Below are positions 29,868 through 40,693 of a stretch of DNA of 64,000 nt, piece by piece; position 1 is the stretch's first letter, and each line of letters opens with the position of its first letter. The position numbers and the translations under genes are program-made. The notes under the pieces were generated by a model. The model worked only from the letters and a program-made list of their open reading frames with translations, was not told the origin of the DNA and did no database searches. The stretch comes from a bacterium (GTDB lineage Bacteria; SAR324; NAC60-12), in assembly GCA_965205865.1 (NCBI GenBank), contig CBDBHR010000030.1:64001-128000 (forward strand), given 5' to 3'.

Positions 29868-30211
29868 TTTTTTCAATCTTTTTGAACACTTCTTCTATAT
29901 CTGATCCACTAAGCCATTGATGCCTCTCCTCCGTGTAATTTCCTTTTCCTGCTTCAAACTGCTGAAGAAAACGAGCCATAGCAACTGGTCCTAATTTTTT
30001 ATTCATACTGTGAACGGATGATTTCTTCATTTTTGTCATCCTGAGGGAACCGAAGGATCTTCTTGATTCCCATGAGATTCTTGCTTAGGCAGCCCCCTTA
30101 GCTCGGAATGACAGGTCTTTTGAAAAGTGAAATTTAAACCGGTTCAGAGTATAATACTTCAAAACCAAGTTGGCGTATTTGGGTCAAATTCGTTGGTTCT
30201 GTTTTTTCCAT
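29851..30211 (-). pseudogene. PIN-associated antitoxin-like gene split by a REP pair (30034-30112)
   Basis: MEKTEPTNLTQIRQLGFEVL and KKLGPVAMARFLQQFEAGKGNYTEERHQWL separated by tgtcatcctgag...ggaatgaca. Confidence 0.6.
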
Positions 30212-30390
30212 TGACTTACCTCTATTAACCATAAAACCGGATCAATTACTCGAACTTCAAGTTCTTTCGAGAATTTTGATCCTTTTTTGAAACCTTGTCA
30301 TCCGTTGTCAAAAATATGTCTGCATTTCCGCTTTCTGCACAGGCAATATGCAAAGCATCAAGAGTATCAAATCCAAAAGTCTGTGTCACA
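30200..30390 (-). pseudogene. PIN-domain toxin C-terminal remnant
   Basis: Manual translation FGFDTLDALHIACAESGNADIFLTTDDK..VIDPVLWLIEV. Confidence 0.7.
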
Positions 30391-30653
30391 CAATCGAACT
30401 TCCTGTCCGAGTGTTTCTTGGCTCTCCCGGTATTGTCGTGGTTCGTTTCTGTCAGGAAGAGATATTTCAGGAGGTACCATTGATTCTGACACCAACGGTA
30501 CGGGGGAATGCGCCCGGGTGGGATGATATCCGTGTGCTCAAGGTGACGTGCTATGCCGAAAACGTATTGTGCCTGACCTCAAACTTGCCATGTGGGGTCT
30601 GATGGCATTACTTCCCGACCAGATCAACTTGATGGAGTAAAACTCGAGGGAAA

Positions 30654-31076
30654 TTACTCATTAAGAAAGTTTTCAATTTCACCTTCAAACTGTTTCCACA
30701 CCTTGGGCAGTTCTTCAGTTAAGGGTCGAAATTCTTCTTCTTTTAACAGAATTCCATAAGCATGCACGAAGAAATGACGAAATCCTCGATATTGATCCAG
30801 TTTGTCTGATAACTCTTTGGAAAGAATACCCTGCTGTATCGCAATGTCTATTAGATCTTTGTGAGAGGAAGAGGACTCCGGAATGGTAATATTTTGATGT
30901 TTGAGTATCCGCTTCAGAATGTTTTCTATGCCCGTATAACAATGGTGTAAACTCGCACCAATCGCTGTTAATTCAACAACGGTCTTCTCAGAGCGATTGG
31001 AAGCCTCCTGAAGAACCTCAATGGTTTCATTAATATGCTCTTTTTCAATTGCAATTTCTTCAAGGAGTTTCTCCAT
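30654..31076 (-). CDS. HEPN-domain RNase toxin (HepT-like)
   Basis: RHFFVH = R-X4-H; LHHCYTGIENIL; overlaps the upstream MNT. Confidence 0.85.
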   Translation of the reverse strand: MEKLLEEIAIEKEHINETIEVLQEASNRSEKTVVELTAIGASLHHCYTGIENILKRILKHQNITIPESSSSHKDLIDIAIQQGILSKELSDKLDQYRGFRHFFVHAYGILLKEEEFRPLTEELPKVWKQFEGEIENFLNE

Positions 31077-31347
31077 ATATTTTGACGGCGTTATGTTCAA
31101 TGAATTCTGTAAAGTGTGACTTGTTAGATAAATTGACCACATCCACAGGTTTGGAGAGATATCTCAGCAATTTTCCATAAAAATCGAAAAAGGCATTCGC
31201 TGCAATGCCTCTTACGGCTAAATCAATATCATTCGCCTCATGCTCACTTTCAAGCGACGAACCAAATAAATAGATTTCCTTTACATCAAACTTTTGAGCC
31301 CAGGAAATGATGATTGCTTTATCTTTCTCTGTAATCATGGTCTCCAT
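31060..31347 (-). CDS. Minimal nucleotidyltransferase (MNT) antitoxin
   Basis: YLFGSS..NDIDLAV..VDVVNL. Confidence 0.88.
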   Translation of the reverse strand: METMITEKDKAIIISWAQKFDVKEIYLFGSSLESEHEANDIDLAVRGIAANAFFDFYGKLLRYLSKPVDVVNLSNKSHFTEFIEHNAVKIYGETP

Positions 31348-31459
31348 GGATTTCCATCATTTTATGTATCGTAACCTACAAATTTACATCTAAGCCAGTC
31401 AAGATTATATCTAAGTTTCTAGGACAAGCAAGTTGATAGGGCTTGAACCTGATGAAGGA

Positions 31460-32312
31460 GAGAATCCTGACCCGCCGTGTGCTGTCCAATATCATGGTGC
31501 CGATCCTCATTGTCATCTCGATCAACATTGGCGGCGTCATCATTGCCGAGGCGTCGCTGAGCTTTCTCGGATTCGGTCTGCCCGTCGGCATCTACTCGGC
31601 GATTCGCCAGGATACGGACGCCGATTACCTGGGGCGCAGCATCGCCTTCATCGGCCTGGCCACGCCGAACTTCCGGCTGGGAATTATGGTGATGATATTC
31701 CCGGCAATCTGGTGGGGCTGGGCACCGCCGATGGAAATGATTCCTTTCACGGAAGACCTGCTGGGGAATCTCTGGGGGCTCTTCTTCCCCAGCCTGATTC
31801 TGGGAACGGCCTCGTCGGCTGCCACCATGCGGATGATGCGCACCATGATGCTGGAGGTGCTGAGGCAGGACTATATCCGCACCGCCTGGTCCAAGGGGCT
31901 CAAGGAGCGGGTCGTGGTGATCCGGCACACCCTCAAAAATGCCCTCATTCCGGTGGTCACGCGTTCAGCTGGGCTTATTGGCCGCGCTGCGGCCGCCCAG
32001 CCTCTCTGCGGTCTGCAGTTGCCGATCCTGGTCGGGGGCGCGGTGATCATGGAGAACATTTTCTACCTGCCGGGGGTCGGGCGTCTCCTGGTGAATGCCC
32101 TCAATGAGAGAGACTACCCGATGGTCTCCGGAATCAACCTCTTTTTCGCCACCGGGGTGGTGGGGATCAATCTACTTATCGACCTGGTCTATGCCTTCTT
32201 GGACCCCAGGGTGAGGTATGAATAGTCGCTGGCGTTCTGGCCAGGGCTGTACCTGACGATTGTCATCTACAGTCTCAACATGTTCGGTGACGCGATGAGA
32301 GACCTGCTGGAT
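31460..32312 (+). pseudogene. Chimeric DppC/DppB/DppC permease fragments
   Basis: SLSFLGFGLP|VGIYSAIRQD..DPRVRYE* followed by LAFWPGLYLTIVIYSLNMFGDAMRDLLD. Confidence 0.85.
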
Positions 32313-32557
32313 CTCTCGTCACCTTCTCTTTACACCCCCATTTTCAAATGGTATCTTCTTACGTCATTTTTGATTTTCTATGGGGATGAACAATCGGTGG
32401 GAGGCCAGGCGACTCTTTGGCAAGGCAGAGCACATCTCGCCTCATCCCATGCTTTATTTATGAGGCTACTCACCTAAGCTGGGACATCCAATGATTTCAG
32501 GGAGTCAGGTTTTTTAACACCGTAAGGATTGACAGCGTCTTTGTCATTCCCGCGAAG

Positions 32558-34294
32558 CAGGCTGTTGCAGATTTTTTTGCCTGCATAACGGGGCATACAA
32601 TCAGTGAGAACGGGGTATGATCCCAATTCTCATCATAATGATGAAATGGTTTTTGATCTTTAAAATTGTTAGAATCATATAAACCTTTGCGTATGAAGCG
32701 TAGAGAAAGCGAATCAATCGAATCACCTCAAGGAGGCGATAGAGAATATTGAGGTTGTGAGCAATGGCCATGAGCATAAATTCGCCTTTGACTTGTCTCT
32801 GCCCTCGAAATCGAAATGAGGTAAAACCGAGATTGGCCTTCAAGTTGCCGAAGACCGGTTCGACGGTACTCATGCGCGTTTTGAGTCGTTGTTTGGCTTC
32901 TGGGGTTTGCAATTTATTGCGCATGGCTTCGGCGTAGGGCTCGCGCTCTTGGCGATGGATCTGTTTGAGTCGCGAGCGATTCTTCGGGGGCAGACACCGC
33001 TGAGCGAGGGGACAATCTTCACAGGATGGGGCCTGATAGGTGCTCCCTTGGGCCTGGCCCCGCTTGAAGTTACGCTGAAAGGAGAGCTGTTGCCCATTGG
33101 GACACTGATAGACATCATTTTTTGCATCGAAGAAAAAATCAGAACGTTCGAGCTTTCGATCGTTTTGCAGTAATTCTTCCAGGGGGGTCGGCTGGAGAGG
33201 GTTGGCTCTATTTTGCGGTTGCGGGTCGGCAATGACGGCATCAATCTGATGCTGCTCGATATAGTTGAGTTGCTCAAAACTATGATAACCGGCATCCATA
33301 TTATAACGACGTTGCCGATCTTCGGGAAGGTGGGTTTCTGCCTGTTGATGCATCGGCGCAAATTGTTGGGTATCGTTGGCTTCGCAGACCACCTCAGCGG
33401 CCACAATCAGATGAGTGGCACGATCGACGGCTGCCTGCACATTATAACCGGGTGTGTTAATCGAGGGCATCATGCGTGCGTCGGCATCGGTCAGATTGAT
33501 CTTATGGCCATCCCGATGTTCGGGTTTGAGGGTTTGCTGACGCGCTTGAAGATCTTGCTGAGATTGGAGAATCGTTGCTTCGAATTGCTCAAGACGGGCT
33601 TTTTCGCCACGAAGGGCGGCTAAGTCTTCTTCATCGCCTTGATGATCTTCAGACTCGCAATTTAGAGGGGAGGCGATCGATTGACGCGTTTTTTCTAAAA
33701 GACGTTCTAATTGTTCTGCATTTTTCGAGCGTTTCTTACTGGCAGAGGTTTTCAGCTTCGAACCGTCAAGGTTTATTTCAGCGAAACCGGAGACCTGCTG
33801 ATCAATGGCCATTTGAATCAATTGCTCAAAATAGAAGGGCAGGCGTTGCAAATGACGACGACGGAACCGGCTCAAGGCACAGTGGTCGGGGGTCAGATGC
33901 GCTGAAACATAGATATAACAAAGATCGCGTTTACAAAGTTTCTCCAAAACACGACTACTCTCAATGCCTTCACTGTAGGCATAAAACCAGGTCGCTAACA
34001 GAATCGCCGGATCATAGGCATCCCCCCCTTGCGATTTGTAGGAGCCATAAAGCGAGGATAAATCCAAGCGGGAAACGAAATCTACCACAAAACGGCATTT
34101 ATCGTTATCCGGGATCAAGTGGTTCAAATCGGTGGTGGATAATTGGAGGGTGGAACGATCATTACTCAGAAAACCCATAATAGAAATCCATTTTTACTAT
34201 GGTTATATGAAAAGTGGACTCAAACCAGATACTAGACTATGAAAAGTGTAGCAAAATCCACCTGGAAAAAGCAAATAAAATCTGCAACAGCCTG
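32558..34294 (-). mobile_element. IS1182-family element inserted in a REP loop
   Basis: TIRs caggctgttgcagattt / aaatctgcaacagcctg; 4-bp TSD gaag. Confidence 0.9.
32601..34178 (-). CDS. IS1182 family transposase
   Basis: AYDPAILL..YAYSEG, PDHCALSRFR, LDGSK, TDADARMM, GYNVQ, DAGY, VEPVFGNLK. Confidence 0.93.
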   Translation of the reverse strand: MGFLSNDRSTLQLSTTDLNHLIPDNDKCRFVVDFVSRLDLSSLYGSYKSQGGDAYDPAILLATWFYAYSEGIESSRVLEKLCKRDLCYIYVSAHLTPDHCALSRFRRRHLQRLPFYFEQLIQMAIDQQVSGFAEINLDGSKLKTSASKKRSKNAEQLERLLEKTRQSIASPLNCESEDHQGDEEDLAALRGEKARLEQFEATILQSQQDLQARQQTLKPEHRDGHKINLTDADARMMPSINTPGYNVQAAVDRATHLIVAAEVVCEANDTQQFAPMHQQAETHLPEDRQRRYNMDAGYHSFEQLNYIEQHQIDAVIADPQPQNRANPLQPTPLEELLQNDRKLERSDFFFDAKNDVYQCPNGQQLSFQRNFKRGQAQGSTYQAPSCEDCPLAQRCLPPKNRSRLKQIHRQEREPYAEAMRNKLQTPEAKQRLKTRMSTVEPVFGNLKANLGFTSFRFRGQRQVKGEFMLMAIAHNLNILYRLLEVIRLIRFLYASYAKVYMILTILKIKNHFIIMMRIGIIPRSH

Positions 34295-34448
34295 GAAGGC
34301 GAGAATCCAGGGGATTGAAACGAACCCTGGATTCCTGATCAAGCCAGGAATGACAACGCTCGCGGTTGTCGCTAGTTCATGATTTTAACATTTTGTCCCA
34401 CTTTTGGCAGATAGTCATTTATCACACTCTCAAACAGGCCATTCACCA

Positions 34449-35822
34449 ATGAAAACAAACAAAAAGAAAGTCAAAGACATCATCGGATTGATTGACCATT
34501 GGGTGGATTACCAAACCTATATCAAAGAAATTCCCAGTGTGGCTGTTGGCATTTTTATGGAAGATGAGACCCTTTTCCAAAAAGCCTATGGTTATGCCAA
34601 TTTGGAAACCCAAACCAAAGCCACCCCCTCGACTTTATATCGAATTGCTTCTCGCTCCAAATTATTCACGGCCACCGCGATTATGAAGTTGTATTCGGAG
34701 GATAAATTGTCTCTGGATGATCGCGTCTCTCAACACTTGGAATGGTTCCAATCCCCCCATGATGAACAAATGGAGCATATTCGCATCAGGCATTTATTAA
34801 CGCATTCCAGCGGGATCACGCGGGACAGTGATTATGGGCATTGGATCACCCAGCAATTCCCCAGCTTTGATGAAATGAAAGCAATGATTCAAAAGGGGAT
34901 CACGGTTTTTGGCATCAATGAACATTACAAATATTCCAACATCGGATTCACCATTCTTGGCATGATTGTCAGCAAAGTCAGTGGTCAATCGTACGAAGAC
35001 TATATTTTAGCATTGGTCCATTCCCTCGAGATGGAACACACTTACCCCGACCTTTCAGAAGAAAATCTTCCACAGCATGCCACCGGGTATGGCCTGAAAT
35101 TCCCCAATGAACCCAGGCCAGTGTTTAAGCATACCTCGGCCAATAGTATGAATAGCGCCACAGGACTGAGTAGCAATGTGGAAGATTTGATCAAATTTTA
35201 TCAAGCCCACATGTTTGGCAATGATCGCTTATTTCCTGATCTGTACAAACGTGAAATGCAGCGAGTGCAATTTCAAGATAGAGATTTTCAAAGGGGACTT
35301 GGGTTTACGATCAATAAAATGGGACAACTCTCCTATGTCTTTCATGGAGGGGGTTATCCGGGGTTTGCGACTTTCTCGGGATTGAATCAAGAGCACAAAT
35401 TGATCCTTGTCGTTTTAGTGAATGCCATCAATGGCCCCGCACAAATGCTTTTTACCGGGATCTCTGATTTGATCCATCATGCCCTTACCCATTATGAGGA
35501 TTACGGATCAAAATCCAAAGCAACTCAGGAATTGATGAAATCGATAGATTTTTCAGAAATCCAGGGATTTTATTCTTCTGTCTGGGGAGTTTCATTGTCT
35601 CATAAAGTTCGGGATTCCATTGTGAGCAGCGAACCCGGTTCTGACAATCCTGCTGGGACCTTACAAATCTGTCAGCATGAAAGAGATCTCGCATTCAAGT
35701 TTCCCACAACTAACCCAGATGAATCGCCAGGAGAAATCCTCAAATTTGAAAAGAATGAGGAGGGTGATTATCAAATCAACTACTGTGGGGCAATTTGGAA
35801 AAAATTTGAATTCCCATACTAA
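34449..35822 (+). CDS. Serine hydrolase, beta-lactamase family
   Basis: SxxK (IASRSK), LLTHSSG, YSN, HGGGYPG. Confidence 0.9.
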   Translation: MKTNKKKVKDIIGLIDHWVDYQTYIKEIPSVAVGIFMEDETLFQKAYGYANLETQTKATPSTLYRIASRSKLFTATAIMKLYSEDKLSLDDRVSQHLEWFQSPHDEQMEHIRIRHLLTHSSGITRDSDYGHWITQQFPSFDEMKAMIQKGITVFGINEHYKYSNIGFTILGMIVSKVSGQSYEDYILALVHSLEMEHTYPDLSEENLPQHATGYGLKFPNEPRPVFKHTSANSMNSATGLSSNVEDLIKFYQAHMFGNDRLFPDLYKREMQRVQFQDRDFQRGLGFTINKMGQLSYVFHGGGYPGFATFSGLNQEHKLILVVLVNAINGPAQMLFTGISDLIHHALTHYEDYGSKSKATQELMKSIDFSEIQGFYSSVWGVSLSHKVRDSIVSSEPGSDNPAGTLQICQHERDLAFKFPTTNPDESPGEILKFEKNEEGDYQINYCGAIWKKFEFPY

Positions 35823-35842
35823 ACATAAAAGAAGAGGTATTG

Positions 35843-36619
35843 ATGGCAGGAGTTAAAAACAGGGTGGCTTTAGTGACTGGAGCTGGAAGTGCGCATGGTA
35901 TCGGTTATGCCACTGCTATTTTACTGAGAGCTGCTGGCGCCAAAGTAGCCATCACATCAACGACAGAAAGAATATATCAAAGGTTGGAGGAAATGGGCGG
36001 GAGCGCGGAAGACACCTGCGCCATAACCGCCGATCTCACCGACACCAAATCAGTCATTTCATTAATTGAACAGGTTGAAGGGGCTTTAGGTCCGATTGAT
36101 ATTGTGATCAACAATGCAGGGATGGTGCAAACTGGCAGGGAATTACCCCGTTTATTGCTTCATGAAACAAGCGATGATCGCTGGCGGTACGGAATCGATA
36201 TCAATCTCACCAGCGCATTTCTGGTAACCCGAGGGGTTCTTCCGGGCATGATGGCGCGTCAGTATGGCCGTATTGTACAAGTGTCCTCGGTCACTGGGCC
36301 TCTGGTTGGTATTTCAGGCAGCACGGTCTATGGGACAGCAAAGGCAGGCATGCTTGGCATGACTCGATCACTGGCTGTTGAAATCGGCAGTTACAACATC
36401 ACGGTAAACTGTGTGGGGCCGGGTTGGATTCAGACATCATCCAGCAGTGAAAGTGAGATTACTGCTGGAAAATATACACCGGTTGGTCGCCCGGGCACAC
36501 CCAATGAGGTTGGTCATGTCGCTGTCTTCCTTGCTGGCGAAGAGGCAAGTTATGTGAGCGGTCAGCTGATCGTTGTTGATGGTGGCAATACGGTACAAGA
36601 ATATAAAGTTGCCTTGTAG
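35843..36619 (+). CDS. SDR family oxidoreductase
   Basis: VTGAGSAHGIG, NNAG, YGTAK. Confidence 0.93.
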   Translation: MAGVKNRVALVTGAGSAHGIGYATAILLRAAGAKVAITSTTERIYQRLEEMGGSAEDTCAITADLTDTKSVISLIEQVEGALGPIDIVINNAGMVQTGRELPRLLLHETSDDRWRYGIDINLTSAFLVTRGVLPGMMARQYGRIVQVSSVTGPLVGISGSTVYGTAKAGMLGMTRSLAVEIGSYNITVNCVGPGWIQTSSSSESEITAGKYTPVGRPGTPNEVGHVAVFLAGEEASYVSGQLIVVDGGNTVQEYKVAL

Positions 36620-36707
36620 TTAATGTCAAGTGGAAAGGTGGGCTCCAAATAACCTTGATAGCCGGCCATTGCTAATGTGGCTAATTCCTGAAAAATGAGG
36701 GATATCT

Positions 36708-37392
36708 ATGGATTACATTCAGTTTGGCTCGACCGGTCTCAAGGTAATTGGACACCGATCACATAGACCTCTACCTCGCTCACCACCCGGACCCTGCAAC
36801 ACCGCTTGAAGAGACGGTGACTACCTTCGATCACTTGGTCAAGGCCGGTAAGATCCGCTACTACGGATTCTACAATTTCAAGGCCTGGCAGGCCACCAGA
36901 GCGTTATGGGTGGCTGATCGTAGCAGGCTTGAGCCGGCGGTTTGTCTGCAAGCCCCCTACAATCTAATCGACCGGAGGTTGGAAGAGGAGGTGTTCGGTC
37001 TCGTGAGGGACCAGGGACTTGCCTTTATGGCGTATAGTCCTCTGGCAAGGGGACTCCTGACGGGGGTCTACTCACCCGAAGAACCCCCTCCGGGAGACAG
37101 GCTATGGGGTTCAAAATGGAGGCATCGGTTCGAGGGGCAACTGCAGGGCCGTCCTGGTCTCATACTGGCGACGATACGCGAAATCGCGGCCGAACAGGGA
37201 AAAACGCCTGCCCAGGTAGCGCTGGCATGGGTGCTTGCTCGTCCTGAGGTCACTGTAGCGATCCTCGGTTGTGACGATACGAACCAGCTCGACGAGAATC
37301 TAGGCGCGCTGGGCTGGAATCTGAGTGAGGATCAATTGGACCGGCTGAATCGCCTCTCCGAACCCGCAAAGCAAACTAGGATATACGATTGA
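36708..37392 (+). pseudogene. Aldo/keto reductase with N-terminal internal deletion
   Basis: MDYIQFGSTGLKV joined out of frame to LDTDHIDLYLAH..YSPLARGLLTG. Confidence 0.85.
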
Positions 37393-37692
37393 AAACGGGA
37401 CCGTTAAATGATGAAGCCAAAAAATCAAAAAATGCTCTCGTCACTTTCTCTTGATAGCCCCATTTTCAAAGGTTATTCTCTTGCGTCATTTTTGATTTTC
37501 CCATGGGACCATTATGATAATTGCTGATGCTGAAATTCTCGAAGCGAATCCAATGTTCCTCATTGTTCTTTATTTCCGCTTTTGCTATAGTGCTCCCTTG
37601 ATACTACGTGAGAAACGAGGTAGGCGATGACAGCAGCCCTACAACAAACATTCAAAAGGCACTCGTGAAAAGAATAGCAAGGGGGTGAAACT

Positions 37693-38292
37693 ATGCCGGG
37701 AAGACAAAGACCATCCGATTTTAAAGAGCTTCAATTTAAATCATTGCTGGAGGTAGCAGCCTTCCTGCAAAACCGGGACATTTCTTCAGTCGAACTGACC
37801 CAATCTCTCCTCAAGCGCATTGAATCCCTGGATGGGAGGCTGAAAAGTTATGCCACGGTGATGGCCGACCAGGCCCTGGCTGCAGCGGAGCTGGCAGATC
37901 AGGAGCTGGCGGAGAAGAAGTATCGAGGTCCTTTACATGGGATCCCTATCGCGGTGAAAGATCTGTGTTTTACGAAGGGGATCCGAACGATGGGGGGAAC
38001 GGCGGTACTGGCCGATCATATTCCCAATGAGGATGCGACTGTCGTGACACGGCTGGCAGAAGCAGGGGCTGTTTTGCTGGGCAAGCTCAATCTGACGGAA
38101 GGAGCCATGGGGGGCTATCATCCTCACTTTGAGACTCCCTTGAATCCCTGGAATCCGGGCGTGGGGTCGTGGGCTTGAAGCTAACCTGGGGTTGGACACC
38201 CGCTCAGTGAACCTCTCCTTTGCCAGGTCGGCCATGCCTACGAGCAGGCGACGGAATGGCATACCCTGCGACCGAATTTAGAAGAGGGATAG
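37693..38292 (+). pseudogene. Amidase copy with two internal deletions
   Basis: Matches 45812-47242 but lacks the GxSSSG and GSDTGGSIR regions; an AKR stub follows to ~38417. Confidence 0.9.
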
Positions 38293-38528
38293 GCATTGTC
38301 TTTTCCAAATAGGCCTTGACCACTTCTGAGGTATTAACTTCTTCGATACCGCCGATATCTACGCGCATGAACAGTATGGGGTCTCTGAGGAAACCCTGGG
38401 ACGCTGGTTTGCCCAGGAATCGCCTGGTCTCAAATCCACCCTTTTCAAACCAGCACAGAAGAAAAGCGCTAAAAAATTCAGGAGGACCTTCCTCTATCCT
38501 GTCTGAAGAGATTTCAGTCCGTGGCAAG

Positions 38529-38740
38529 CTAAGCGGCCAATTTACGTTGTCTACGCCTTAACTCGACCATTCGGTAGAAATTATAGGCGATAACTTTATC
38601 CATGAGTTCCGCTCGCGCATTTTCTATTCCCCGGCGCATCACCTCCCCAAAGTCAAATCCATGCTTGATGGTAAACATTAAGGATTCGACAGCTGAACGA
38701 CCATTTCCGGAATTTTGATAAAGCGGACTATTGTATTCTT
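38529..38740 (-). pseudogene. DDE transposase C-terminal remnant
   Basis: Manual translation GRSAVESLMFTIKHGFDFGEVMRRGIENARAELMDKVIAYNFYRM. Confidence 0.6.
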
Positions 38741-38774
38741 CTTCAGAAATTGAATGTTTCTTCTCTTGTCCCCT

Positions 38775-39129
38775 GGATCTTGCCCACTTGAGCAGCGCGG
38801 CAAGATAGGTGGAGCGAAACCCGGTTCGTGCTGGAATCTGCCGCTACGCCAAAGATTTTCCCTGGTCTAGCGCCCGATTTCATCTGGGGATGATTGATAG
38901 AGCTCCCTTGGTTCAACAAAGTCAATGGTTTGGGAGTTCTGACGATTGGAAGGAGTCTCAATGAGGAGTCTCATGATTTAGAATGATTTCGAGCGCATTT
39001 TCGGACGGGTCGACCCTTAGGAGATGACCGTTTTTTGAGAAAGGCGGAAGCCATGAGCAAACGAGAATGGAGACCCAAGAAACCAGGGAGACCTAAAAAA
39101 GATAGAAATTAGTAACTGTCCCCGGATTT
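38775..39129 (+). pseudogene. RAYT (REP-associated tyrosine transposase) C-terminal remnant with end motif
   Basis: AAR*VERNPVRAGIC..FPWSSARFH..RTGRPLGDDRF..PKKPGRPKK*, then gtaactgtccccggatt. Confidence 0.8.
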
Positions 39130-40286
39130 TATCTCCAGGGCCAGTGGTCGGGTATCAGTTGGAGGAGAAAATTATCAACCGGCCAACACGAAATTCCATC
39201 TACCAACAGCTTTTCGGTTCCTCGATAGAGCAATATCGTGTTTGCCTCAGGATAATCATCTTGAAACACTTTGAGTGATCTCAAGGTTTTTGGGTGGATC
39301 TGTTTGGAATTTTTAACCTCCATCGCATAGAAATGGTGGTTCCCATATAATACAATATCAACCTCTGACCCTCCCCGCGACCGCCAAAAATAACAATTTA
39401 CATTACCATCAGAATAATCGCACCAAGATTTTAAATGTTGTAAAACCAAACCCTCCAAGGCCATACCCCCTATTTCGTCTGGGCTGTCAATGGGCCCTTT
39501 GGGACGCAAATGGTTGTAAACACCGGCATCAAACAGATAAAATTTCGGTTGCGCTGTCATGGCGCGTCTGGCTCGTTTTGAAAAGACCGGTAGCTTATAT
39601 CCCAATAGTAGATCTTCAAGAATCGATAGATAATTCTCAACAATTTTTCGGGATACCTGGCAATCTCTGGCAATATTGCTGAGGTTTAAAACACTGCCGT
39701 GTGAAAAACTAATTACTTCCAGAAAGCGAGCAAAGGTCCCGATATCTCTGACTAACGCCTCTTCCTTGACTTCTTCCTTCAAATAAAGAGAGATGTAAGT
39801 AGCCAGCGTCTTATCAGGTTCACTTGCCGAAACAATCAACGGAATCAACCCATTTCTGAGTACCGCATCAAGTGAAAAATCGGCACCCATTTCGGAAGCT
39901 ATAAATGGATGGAAGCGGGTTAATAAGGCGCGGCCGGCTAATAGATTGACGCCCCCACGGCGCAATTTTCGAGTACTCGAACCGGTCAGAATAAACTGAT
40001 GGGATTTGTGCTCCTCAATCAAACTGTGGATGCTGTCCAGCATCGCAGGCACTTTTTGAACTTCATCAACAATGTAACGTTTTATTTGCGGGTTTGCGGT
40101 GACGATTTGTTTGATTCGCTCCGGGTAGGCAACGTGGTTTCTAAAAGTACTGTCGTCCAACAAGTCTATGAAATACGCGTCCGGAAAAGTTTTTTTTAGC
40201 CAGGTTGACTTTCCTGTACCTCTTGGACCAAATATAAAGAAGCTGTCAACAGGAGCGTTAAAAAATCTTTTGAAATATCTGTCCAT
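39129..40286 (-). CDS. AAA+ ATPase with DUF4143 (COG1373-like)
   Basis: GPRGTGKST, IVDEVQK, LTGSS, PKFYLFDAG, EVDIV..MEVK. Confidence 0.92.
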   Translation of the reverse strand: MDRYFKRFFNAPVDSFFIFGPRGTGKSTWLKKTFPDAYFIDLLDDSTFRNHVAYPERIKQIVTANPQIKRYIVDEVQKVPAMLDSIHSLIEEHKSHQFILTGSSTRKLRRGGVNLLAGRALLTRFHPFIASEMGADFSLDAVLRNGLIPLIVSASEPDKTLATYISLYLKEEVKEEALVRDIGTFARFLEVISFSHGSVLNLSNIARDCQVSRKIVENYLSILEDLLLGYKLPVFSKRARRAMTAQPKFYLFDAGVYNHLRPKGPIDSPDEIGGMALEGLVLQHLKSWCDYSDGNVNCYFWRSRGGSEVDIVLYGNHHFYAMEVKNSKQIHPKTLRSLKVFQDDYPEANTILLYRGTEKLLVDGISCWPVDNFLLQLIPDHWPWR

Positions 40287-40693
40287 TATATACACCATTC
40301 TCTCACAAATTTTAACTGAATAAGTAAATATTGAGTATCAATTTTACCATTTCAGGTAAAAAAATCAAGCTATTTTAGAATATTTGATATAGAAGCTTTG
40401 ATCAAGAACGTGTCGCCAAGCGAGAATGAGCAGATGTAGCAATACGGCTATGATGGCGCGTTTACTACCCACACGACTAAGCAAAGATTTATTTTTTTTT
40501 GAAAATTTAGTCTTATCAGGAGAAGCCTATGGTGAAATCACGTCAGCAGAAAATACATTTTTATTCCTTCAACTTAAATAACAAGAAAGGCAAAATTATG
40601 GAGATGACCCAAAATAATAGAAGCCATGATAGGGGGACGAAATCACTTTCGAAATCCCTGTTTAATTCAATCGTATTTGGAAAGGAAATTATC

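Noticed and set aside
30400-30640. Gene fragment between the PIN remnant and HEPN
   Set aside because: No identifiable motif in any frame
34449-35822. Beta-lactam resistance gene
   Set aside because: Only the general SxxK/YxN serine hydrolase fold is evident, with no signal peptide
40405-40480. attC half-site upstream of the AAA ATPase
   Set aside because: A GTT-like box is present on the minus strand, but I could not find a matching AAC arm
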